The notes beneath the pieces are model-generated. The model ran no database searches. It saw only the letters and a program-made list of their open reading frames with translations, and was not told the origin of the DNA. Positions 44,981 to 56,900 of a stretch of 64,000 nucleotides of DNA are shown here, piece after piece. The stretch covers positions 885,546 to 949,545 of the forward strand of contig NW_015175358.1 in the NCBI RefSeq assembly GCF_001447785.1, in the 5' to 3' direction. Source of the stretch: Gekko japonicus. Taxonomy: Eukaryota. Made by a program: the position numbers and the translations under genes. How positions within the stretch are numbered: position 1 is the first letter of the stretch; each line of letters starts with the position of its first letter.

Positions 44981-47900
44981 GTAGGATCTACACTTCCCTT
45001 GGGTTGGGGTGTGGGTGTGGGGTGAATTGCAGAACCATGTTTGGAGATTTAGGGGATGCCCCCATCGGTGAATTGCACACGTGTGTGATTCACAAGCCTT
45101 TGGGATGTTGGGAGATTTATGGAGGACGAGGGGGGAGATTTTTTTTTTATAGCTGCAGCAAAACAACAACAATCACCTGGATCCAGCCAAAACCCCTGTA
45201 ATGAAGAAGAGAAGGCTAACCAAGGAGGATCACTAGCTATAGTCTATACAAAATCTCACCTCCCCCTGCAGGAGATGTTATACAGAGCCAACAAGCCAGA
45301 TATGTAATGTACTGCAAGCTTCCGGGGCGGGAAGGAGAATACTACATCCTACAGTTTCTCTTGCGGCCCCTCAATAGCTAACATTCTGATATCCTTTTAT
45401 GTCCCTCCTCCGAGACTGAGATAGAGATGCACTGCTAGACAGCTGCAGTTGGGGGGGGGGGAGGAATCTTCCTAATCAGCTGTTATTGGCTGGGAGATGA
45501 TTGGCTGCCTTCACTGTCTTGTCTGAAGAAAAACAAATGTGATCTCCAGTCTCCTTAGAGTACCGCACAGCTGGGGAGTAATAGTCACTTGTCCACTGGC
45601 TTGTTTGTGCTGTCAAGTGAACCAAATTGGAGTTTAACTGTTGCTGAACAAAGATGCGTTTTACATAATTCTCTGAAGTGACAAGCAAAAATGAGCCGCA
45701 GATTAAATATGGGGGGCGTGTTTTGATGGTGTGACCAAACAAAAGAGGAAAAAATCAGCCACCAAATAAGTGAAAGTGGATTTGTGGGTCAGTTAACAGA
45801 ACATTTAAAACAGAGTACATAGCATACATAGTACACATAGGAGCTGCGGTGGCTCAAGTGGTTAAGATGCTGAACTGCAGGCTGTGGAAGGTCAGTAGTT
45901 CAGCAGTTCGAGACCCGAGTGTGCCGCATGATGGAGTGAGCTCCCATCTCTAGTTCCAGCTCCTGCCAACCTAGCAGTTTGAAAGCAAGAAATTGCAAGT
46001 AGATAAATAGGTACCACTTCGGTGGGAAGGTAACAGCGTTTCGTGCGCCTTGGTGTTTAGTCATGCCGGCCACATGACTATGGAAACGTCTTCGGACAGC
46101 ACTGGCTCTTCGGCTTTGAAACGGAGATGAGCACCGCAACCCTAGAGTTGGACTCGACTGGCTTTCGAGCAAGGGAACCTTTACCTTTACATAGCATTGC
46201 TGGAACCAGCTGAGTTGGCATCCCAGCATGTTAAGGGGACGGAAATCAGGTTAATTTCAGTAAAAGATGAGGCCTAAACTGGCTTAAACGGAGGCAACTG
46301 GGACTTTAGCTTATTTATGTTTATGGAATGGACTGTTACCAGATCATATAGTTGATAACTGGTAAGGAAATTCCTGGAGATTTGGGGGGTGGAGCCTGTG
46401 GAGGGCAGAATTTGGGGAAGGGAGAGAGCTCGGCAGCAATGTGATGCCAGTCCAACATCCAAAGCTGTCATTTTCTCCAGAAGAAGGGATCTCTGTGGTC
46501 TGGAGCTCAGTCATAATTCTGGGAGAACTCCAGGCCCCACCTGGAGATTGACAACCCTGCAGGAGACCCAAAATATAGTTCTGCATCTGGGAGTTAGTTA
46601 TGCTGCAGATATCAGTAGGGCTGTAAAAGAATTTGTTTTGGGCTGTGAATTTGGGAATGTTTAATATGGAGCAAAAATATTTATACCCCACCTTAACCTC
46701 TTGGCTCAAGGCAGCTTACAGGTAATGATAGAAAACAAAATAAAAATCCCAAATACCACCTCCCCCTCTGCAAGATGCCTCCTTGTTCATACCCCATCAG
46801 AAGCCCTGGCAAACAAATAAGCCTTGCAGTGTTTCCTGAACATCTCAAATAAGGGGGCGCCCCCTCATCTCTTTAGGGAGCCCATTCCAGAGTGGGGTCA
46901 TGATGCAAAAGGCCCACGCTCTGGTTAGAGTTGGGAAATACCTGGAGATTTGGGGGGTGGATCCTGAGGAGGGTGGGGTTTGGGAAGGGGGCAGGGACTT
47001 CAATGGGGTCTAATGCCATAGAGTCCACCTTCCAAAGTGGCCATTTTCTCCAAGTGAACTGATCTCTGTCACCTGGATATCAGTTTTTAATAGTGGGAAA
47101 TCTCCAGCTACCACCCATAGGTTGGCATCCCTAGCTGTGGTTCATGCCAGGCTGGCCACCCTAAGTGAGGAGACAGCCAGTAGGTGACAGCCTGAGTTGG
47201 CACTCAGGACCACATGGGAGGACATGGTCCTTCAGATGTGTGGGCCCTAGGCCATGAAGGGCTTTAAAGGTCGTAACCAGCACCTTGAATTGATGGAAAT
47301 AAAATGGCAGCAATGTAGATGTTTCAAGATGGGCAAGGTACATTCCCATTGGCTAGGCCCCTGACTAAGGTTGCCAGCTCTGGGCTTGAAAATACTTGGA
47401 CATTTGGAGGGTGGAGGTGAATCCTGGGGAGGGCAGGGACTGGGAAGGGGAGGGGCCTCAGCAGGTTATATTGTCATAGAGTTCATCCTCCAAAGCAACC
47501 ATTTTCTCCAAATAAACTGATCTGTCATAATGGTGGGAAATCTCCAGCCACCAATTTGAGATTGGTAACCCTAGTCCTGACAGTAATCACACTGCCGCAT
47601 TCTGGACCAGCTACCGTTTCTGGGTTGGTTCCGAGGGCAGCTCAACACAGAGCACATAACAGTAACCCAACTGTGAATTTACAGAAGTGTGGATTGGCAT
47701 AGCCAGATCAGCCGAGTCCAAGAAAGGAGAGAACCGGTGAACCAGAAGGCGCTCTTGGCCACTGCACGTGTAGTGCTTTTTAAACAGCAAGTCCTAGGGT
47801 TGCCAGGTCATGCCTGGAAATCAGTGGGAGCTTTGGGTGCAGGGAGCTTTGGGGGCACAGTGCAGTGTGTGCCTCACATTAGTTCTGGGGGAAACCTAGA

Positions 47901-50900
47901 GGTGACGCTGGGTAGCTCTAGGATATGCCAGTGATTCCTGCAGCAATCCAATGTCACTTTCGGGTTTCCCCTGGCAGTGATGTCATAGCACATGCAATGC
48001 CAACCAATTTTTAAAAAATCTCTCTGTGGCAAGCTATGAGGGCTGCTGGTGGGAACATAAACATGCCCAGGCTCTTAACCTGCTCTGCAAAAGCCAGTTC
48101 TGCTCCATTCAGGATATGCTGCTGGAGCTATGTTTTTTTGTGATTTTATTGTCTTCCCTTTGCCTGTTGCCATTTTCTTAGCTACTTTTCTCCATTTGAA
48201 GCAAGACAGGAAGTGGATGAAAGTGCCACTGCACATTAGAACAGTACGGTTGAAATTATGCAGAGTTAAAATTTTGGTTAGCTTGCCCTGCTCCCTATGC
48301 AGTTATTTTATTTTACATTGTTCATCTAGATGCCTTACTATAACTAATTCCCCCCTAACCAAGTAGAATATTCTGTCCCAACCCTTCAGGCTAACATTAA
48401 CCCTTAGCTGGAAGCTCTGGATTCCTTAGCATCTGAGTTCGCTATCTATTAGCAACTCTCCTCCCCCTCCTCACTCTGAATCATATGCTAGTCATACTAA
48501 ACAAAGATAAACAGTGTATTAAAAGCTGCTCTCTGGAAGCATAATATCCCTAGTGGGGTTAGAAATGATGCAGCTTGGGAGTTGCTGTTCTGTGTACAGC
48601 AGTGAACTGTAGAATGATACATATTGATGTTACATTGGCCCTGATAAGGTGATTGCAGAGGTCATTTCGGGGGGGATCGCAGTCCCCCCGGGTGAGGTAC
48701 GGGGGCGGGGCACATGACGAAGCCCCGCCCCCTGCTTCCGGCCGCCCCGCTTCCGGCCCTCATTCAGCCAGGAGGAGGCAGGAGAAGAGGGAAGGTAAGT
48801 TGCTTCCTCCCTGCCTCTCCCCACCCCTGCCTGCCTGGGGCCAGGGAGGGCCTTTGCGGGGCTTCCTTGCACTCCCGCCGGCCTTGCAGGTCCACCGCCA
48901 GGCCCCTCATGGGGCTCGGCAGTGGAGCTCCAAGGCCGGCAGCGGCGGCCGGGACCGTTGGGGGCGGGGTGTGTGGCCTTATGACACACTTCCGGTGATG
49001 TCAGGGGGTGTGACATATGCTAATGAGTTATGCTAATGAGTTCCCCTAGCTCTTTTTCTATGAAACGACCCCATGGTGATTGTACTTGTGTAATCTTAGG
49101 ACCTAAACTGGAAGGTACATATTGGCAATATTACTTTCTCCAATATATGTAACTGCCACTGACACAAGGCCAGGTACATTTGTGGCCTCACGTATCTTTT
49201 TGTGCCATTCAATTCCAGATTGGAACATTCCTGTTTGGGTCCTATATCAATTGTTCACTGCCTCACAAGTGTAATAGGGGCTTTGTTGTATGTTATATTC
49301 TGTACTATTTGACCTCTGAAGACGGCTGGTTTGGGCCGAAACATGTCAGGTCATATATGATTCCTGTTGTGTCTGTTGTGGGGAGGGAAAGGGAAAGGAG
49401 ATTGTAAGCTGCTCTTGAGACTCCTTTGTGTAGTGAAGGGCAGGGTATAAATCCAATCTCTTCTCTTCTTCATTTCCGTACACCCTGTATTTAATCTCTG
49501 TATTAAAGGGTTACTCTTTACTCATTTAGCTGCTGGACAATTTATGAATTGGTTAGTGTCAGTGAAGATTTGTTGCTTTTTACATTCTGGAGCTATGAAT
49601 TTTCATCTTCTGTGTGGCTGCCAGTGGCTGTAATTTGAATTTCTGAGCCCAGCCTATTGTTGGCATTCATTCCTTCTTCTCAGGTTTATGGCTACCAATG
49701 ACCTGATGATGGAACTGCAGAAGGATTCCATAAAGTTAGATGAAGACAGTGAGAAAAAAGTTGTGAAAATGCTGCTGAAGTTGCTGGAGGACAAAAACGG
49801 GGAGGTGCAGAACCTGGCTGTCAAATGGTAAGGCTTCCCCTGCATCAATCATAATGCTTAATAATGGAGACAAATCTTTAAAGTATCCGAAAGTGGGGCT
49901 TCCGATGCTGGGCCCTGACTGTTTTCTTTCTCGTGAGCTTCTTCTGTTTCACACACTACAAAGTCAATGTGTAGGTTATGACTTTTGTCTTCTGGCTTAA
50001 TCGACAGGCAGAATTCTTTGGTGGGGGTGGCTAGTGGAGGATGATTACAAACCGTGATGGAAGTTTGTGTGTGTGTATGTTCACATGTGCATTTATGTGC
50101 CTGCATGTTCATCCAATAGGGCCCTCGTGTTTGTCGCATACAGCCAGGAAGGAGCCACATGGAAAATGAAGGAAAAATATTTGACTCTGGAGATAGCATT
50201 GGAAACTGTTTAGATTCCCCTTTGTAGCTCAGCCGACATGCTATTGCAAAGCAATAGACAGTGGGAAGTGTGTATACCCACTCCGTTTACTTGATCTGTT
50301 ATCTCACAAGGCTTCCTCTTGGCTGAGACAACTAAAGGTCTAGTCATACCTCAAACATTGATGTATTATGACTGTTTGCGAACTAGAACTCCCATGAAGT
50401 ACCTGGTACAAGCCAGAATGAAGAGTAACTGGAAGAGAAAGGGGTTTCTGCAAATTTCCTTCATTACTGCTATCTACCAGGCTCTGCCAAGGAAAGTTGC
50501 TGTGAAATAGTTTTTCCTTTATGTGTAACTTTTGCTTCTTGCAGCTTGGGCCCTTTGGTGAGCAAAGTGAAAGAATATCAGGTGGAAACCATTGTTGATA
50601 CGCTATGTACAAACATGCTATCCGATAAGGAACAGCTCCGGGACATCTCCAGTATTGGGCTGAAGACAGTGATTTCAGAGCTGCCGCCTCCATCCACTGG
50701 TAAAAAAGTAACCCTCTTTGTTTACATAATGAAGAGGAATTCCAGAACCAAAGCCATGTAGTACCTTTTATGAGGACTGGTCAAATTATCATAAAATACT
50801 GTGAAAGCCTTCATATTCTCTAGAATTTTTCGTCAGGCTGGATATTTGGAGGATGGGGTGGGGCGGGGGGAAGGAAAAACCCGCTTTTCCCCATGTGTGA

Positions 50901-53900
50901 TAGAAAAAGCTCTAGTCTGTAGCCTGTAATATGGAGTACAAGATGTGTTGCAGACTGAATCAGTTAAGTCTGTTGTAACTCATTTCAGGTTGTACCAAGC
51001 CTTTGGAGGTAAAGATGGAAAGAAAAGCAGCCTCCATTTGAGCAACCAGTAGTTGATCAAATGTCTTTCTGCCAAATGGAATACACAGGTCCCTTAGAAG
51101 GGTGATACTACAGGAAAAACCTGGTAGCCCTTATAGTAACAAAACTGGAGATTAATTTTGATGCTAAAGGTAAAGCCAGTCAAATCCAACTCTACGGGGT
51201 GGTGCTCATCTCCGTTTCCAAGCCAAAGAGCCAGCACTATCCGTAGACGTTTCTATGGTCACGTGGCCAGCATGATTAAATGGCGACGTTCACGGAACGC
51301 TGTTACCTTCCCACCGAAGCGGTACCTATCTACTTGCAGTTTCTTGCTTCCAAACGGCTAGGTTTGCTAGGTTCAGAGATGGGAGCTCACGCTGTCACGT
51401 GGCACTTACTGACCTCCTGGTCTGCAGCTCAGCGTCTTAACCCCTGAGCCACCACAGCCCCTGTATTGATGCTACAATAGGTAATTTTACTTAGTTTGCC
51501 TATAGGCAATAGTGTGTGGAGGCCGGGTAAAATCCATAAACACAGTCCCATCCCAGATCGTTTTCCTCCCACTGAAGAATCCCTCCACAGCAGACATCAT
51601 AGCCTGCAACATCTTTTTCTTTTCCTCCCCCTTTTTTTATGGGACATCCATCCTGATGAACTGTTCTGGAGAACCAGAAAGCTTGCACACTGTTTTGTGA
51701 TATTTTAGTTGGTTCTAAGGAAAGTTCTGGATTATCTGCAATGCATGGCCTGAATCCTGCCTATATTTTCTGCTGGGCGAAGGCATTTCCACTAACTGAA
51801 AAGATGGGGACAATTTTTTACAGCCCCCCCCACCGGGTAGCCAAACTTTGCCCCCACAAGCTGTTCTCTGAGGTCCACTGACCTCTGCAGGGCCCAGTTT
51901 CAGGAAGCACAGCAGCCTGTAACGTTTTGTTTCCTGAAGTGCCACTCTGCTGATGCAAAACAGGATCTATGCCATTGACTAAAAATTCCTTTTGCTGGCC
52001 TTTACAAGACACAGGGTAACATACAGAGCCTGTGGTATTGTGAAATTCCTTTTCCAGATGTGATCAGCAATCAGAAATGTATTTTTAAAAATCATGTTCT
52101 GAGTTAACCTCAAGATGAAGTGATTCATGCTTGGATCTGATACAAATTTCCTCACTCTCTCAAGGTTACTAAAGTAGAAATCTTTTAAATGAAATCCAAA
52201 TTTTGCAAATATATGTTGGTTATGCTTTCCAAAAAATACACTGGGTTGAACTGCTTTACCAATTATGTGCTTCATGTTTCACAGTTAGGATATTCCCGAC
52301 GTCTGTTATCTCTGCCAGGTTTGCGTGTTTTATCCAGCTTTTAGAGACATGGGACTAGAAAGCAGATTCAATAAGCAAGTGTAGAGTAGAAGAGCAGTAG
52401 AGCAAGCCCGTGCTCAGGTCCCTATTCTGCCATGAAAGGGTGAGTTTGGGCCAGGTACTGTCTCTCAGCTTAATCTGTTCAACAGGATTGTTGTTGTGAT
52501 AAAACGGGGAAGAGAGACCCATGTATGCTGTCCTGTGCCACGCAGAGGAAGGGCAAGGTAACAAACAGACTAGGTGGGCAGACAGAAATTTGGTGAGGTG
52601 CCCAAGAAGCACCTGATCTGATGCATATGGCTTTTGTCTGCAGACGTTTACACGGCAAAGCCACACAGGGATTTTTCCCCACATGGAAACTGGGAAGCCA
52701 CCTATGTTTAAGGGTCATGTCCACGCAACTTGTTTGATTATTTATTTGTTAGATTTTTTTTTTAGTCTCTGCTCTCCCGAAGGGTCTCGTGGCAACTTAC
52801 AGCATTAAAACCAATCAGGTAAAATGACATAAAACCAAATAGCAACTATAGAATATTAACATTAAAATATTAAGTTATTAAAATACATGACTATCAACAT
52901 ACCACTATTAAACAGCCCAAATATGTGGTTACCTGCCAAAGACCAATGTAAACAATTCAGCCTTGCATGCCCTGCAGAAACTAAACAAGTCTGCCAGGGG
53001 GCATGGGTGGCATCCAAGAGCGCATTCCACAGGGTAGGGGCCACAACTGAGAAGGACCTTCCCCTGGTGACAGCTAACCGAGCCATCCTGGGGCCAGGCC
53101 CCCAGATGATGACCAAAGGGAACATGGGGCGGCGGGGGGGGGGGTCATGTTCCTGGGACTTTCCTCTTTAAACTAGGTAGCATTCCCTCCTGTTCTCACC
53201 CTGCTTGCTGGTGCTGCTATGGCAAGGGCGTATCCTGGCATCCCTGTCTTCATGCAGCAAAACAATAAGCAGCTTCTGAGGTGCAGTTTCTTTTAGTCTT
53301 TTTGTTACAAGATTGCTTCTTAGGTGATTAGCTCATGAGGGCAGTATGATCCGAAAAGACCTGTGGTACAGTTGTAGCAGTGTCTATTATGTACAGGCTG
53401 TAACTTCCCAAATCATAGATACTTCCGCAGCTGCTGCATGTTAACTGCCAGGCATGCCTGCTCAGGAAAATATGCCACTTGCATGGGGAGGGAGGCAAGA
53501 TGCATGCAGAAAGCAGCATATGATGCAGTCTGAACACAGCAGTTCTTCAGGCATTATCTTCCATGAAGATCCAGAGAAGCCAGTCATGAGTGTAAGCAGT
53601 GTCTGGAGGCTGTAATGGACTGGATGAGAGTGGACAAATTGAACTTTTTTGTTTTGTTGTTAGCCATTCAGTTGTGTTCGACTCTTGGCGATTCCATGGG
53701 CCAGCTCTCTCCACGTTTTCCAGTCTTGTAGTGTTTCTTTAAGCCACGCTCAGGCTGGTGTCGGCTTTTATGGTGTCTAGCCACCGTGTTCTTTGGCAGC
53801 CCGGTTTCCTTTTGCTGCTAACCAATCCAAGCGTAATTGCTTTTTTTAGTGAGTTCTTCCACATGACATAGCCCAAATAAGCAAGTCACAGTTTTGTGAT

Positions 53901-56900
53901 TTTTTCCCCTTCCATTGACATGTCTGGTTTTATGCGCTCCAGTACTTGTTTGTTTGTCACCTTTGCTGTTCAAGGGGCTGTTAGTAGGGTCAGGTTCCCA
54001 ATAGGCTAGTAGGAAAGAAAGAACTAGAAGCGGTTCAGAAACGATGTGAGTAATCATTCGAGTGTCAGACTGGGACCTGGATTCAAATCCCTAGTTAGTC
54101 ACAAAGCTTACTGGGTAACCTTGGGACATTCCTCTGTCTTAGCTTGTCTCAGAGGGCTATGATGGAAAAATGAAGGAGGCAAGAACACTATGTATACCTA
54201 CTTATCTTGTCCTCTCTCCAAGGAGCTTGGGGCAGCATACATAGATCTCTTCCCACCTCTTTTGTCCTCCCAGCACCTTTGTGAGATAGGTAAGGTAATA
54301 TGACTAGCCCAAGGTCCCCAGTGAGCTTTATGGCTGAGTACGGACTTAAAGCCAAGCATCTGTGGCCTTAGTCCAGCACTCTAAACACTATACCACACTG
54401 GCTCACCATGGATACTATCCTGAACTCCTCAGAGAAAAAGTGGAATGAAAATGTGATAGCCAGTTTGGTGTAGTGGTTAAGTGCGCGGACTCTAATCTGA
54501 GAGAACCGGGTTTGATTCCCCACTCCTCCACTTGCACCTGGGTGGATTACCTTGGGCAAGCCATAATTCTGGCACAGCTGTTCTTGAAAAAGAGCAGTTT
54601 CTGTCAAGAGCTCTCTCATCCCCACCTACCTCACAGGGTGTCTGTTGTGGGGAGGGGAAGGGAAAGGAGTTTGTAAGCCGCTCCGAGACTCCTTCGGGTA
54701 GTGAAGGGCGGGGTAGAAATCCAGTCTCCTCCTCCTAGATGGATAAACAACATTCTCAGGCCACTGGAAGTTCTGCCCACTATTTTTTTCTGAGTCTCCA
54801 GCAACCATTGTCAATGTGTTTTATTTATTTATTTGGGAGACTCTTATACTACCTCTCCAGAATCCTGCTGGAGACAGCTTATAAATAATATCATCATAAA
54901 TTATCAATATAAACAAGCCACCAATATAAGCAAGCCATTAAAACCAGTTTTCCGTATGTTTTGAAACCGCAAGGCCCAATCTTCATGTTGTGTCCAGAAA
55001 TGCCCAGTTACCACCCACTGTGAATAATCTTCATCTTGCGCCATCACCAGCTGGAGTTGCTTGTTTTTTCCCTGATAATCACTGGAAGGCAAATCTTTGC
55101 CTAACCTTTGTTCCTGCCCATAGGCTCCACCATGACAGCCAATGTGTGCAAAAAGATCACAGCCCAGCTGACTGGAGCCGTTGGGAAGCAAGAAGATGTG
55201 TCTGTGCAGCTGGAGGCTCTTGACATCTTGTCAGATATTTTGAGCAGGTACCAAAAGAGTGCTGTGAAACAGATTGCGTGAGCGGCTTAGCAGACCAAAC
55301 TTCGTTTTACTTTTAGAGTCATCATTCTGCATTGTTTCTGCACAACCCAAGATGAATCACTCATACTAAATATCTGAACCTCTCAGAAGAATATTAATGG
55401 ATTGCTTTTAATAACCTTAGAGGCAAATTATATGTTGTAGGTTTGACCTGTGGTCGCCAAGGTCATTTTACAGAAGAAGTTGGGGGGAAATGCTTCAAGG
55501 AGGGCCCACAGCACAGGGGACCAGGAAATTCTCCCCCTCCTATGCACCCTTTCAAATGCTGAAACAGCCTGTTTGGGTAGTTGAAAAGGTACAGGGGGGG
55601 GCAAGTTTGCCTGGTCCCCTTTGCTGTGGGCCCACATTGCGGTATTTTTTCAGTGCTCAAATTCTTCTGTAAAATGGTGGTGGCAGCCATGATTCAAAAC
55701 TGTGGCCACTGGACATAAGAACATAAGAGACGCCAATGTTGGATCAGGCCAAAGGCCCATCCAGTCCAACACTCTGTCACACAGTGGCCAAAGATATCAG
55801 GTGCCATCAGGAGGTCCACCAGTGGGGCCAGGACATTAGAAGTCCTCCCACTGTTGCCCCCCCCCAAGCACCAAGAAGACAGAGCATCACTTGCCCCAGA
55901 GCCTCTATCTATACCTTGTGGCTAATAGCCACCGATGGACCTCTGCTCCATATGTTTATCTAATTCCCTTTTGAAGCCATCCATGCTTGTAGCCGCCACC
56001 ACTTCCTGTGGCAGTGAATTCCATGTGTTAATCACTCTTTGGGTGAAGAAGTACTTCCTTTTATCTGTTCTAACCCGACCGCTCAGCAATTTCATGGAGT
56101 GCCCACGAGTTCTTGTATTGTGAGAAAGGGAGAAAAGTACCTCTTTCTCTACCTGCTCTTTCCCATGCATAATCTTATAAACCTCAATCATGTCACCCCT
56201 CAGTCGTCTTTTCTCCAAGCTAAAGAGCCCTAAGCGCTTTAACCTTTCCTCATAGGGAAAGTGTTCCAACCCTTTTATCGTTAGAGTTGCCCTTTTCTGC
56301 ACTTTTTCCAAAGCTGTAATATCCTTTTTAAGGTGTGGTGACCAGAACTGCACACAGTATTCCAAATGAGGTCGCACCATTGATTTATATAAGGGCATTA
56401 TGATATTGGCTGATCTGTTTTCAATACCCTTCCTAATAATCCCCAGCATAGCATTCGCCTTCTTTATTGCAGTCACACACTGTCTCGACATTTTCAGTGA
56501 GTTATCTACGACAACTCCAAGATCTCTCTCTTGATCAGTCTCTGCCAGTTCAGACCCCATCAACGTGTGTTTATATTTAGGATTTTTGGCTCCAATATGC
56601 ATCGCCTTGCACTTGGCCACATTGAACCCCATTTGCCATGTTGACGCCCACTCGCCCATCCTTGACAGATCCCTTTGGAGTGCCTCACAATCCTCACTGG
56701 TTTTCACCACCCTGAACAACTTCGTATCATCCGCAAATTTAGCCACTTCACTGCCTACTCCCAACTCCAAATCATTAATGAACAAGTTAAAAAGCAGTGC
56801 TCCAAGTACTGTAAACATGTAGTTTGGCCCTTATTCTTAAAATCTGCATTGCTAGAAGATGTGTAAACTAAGAACACAAAAGCCCTGCTGGATGAGACTA

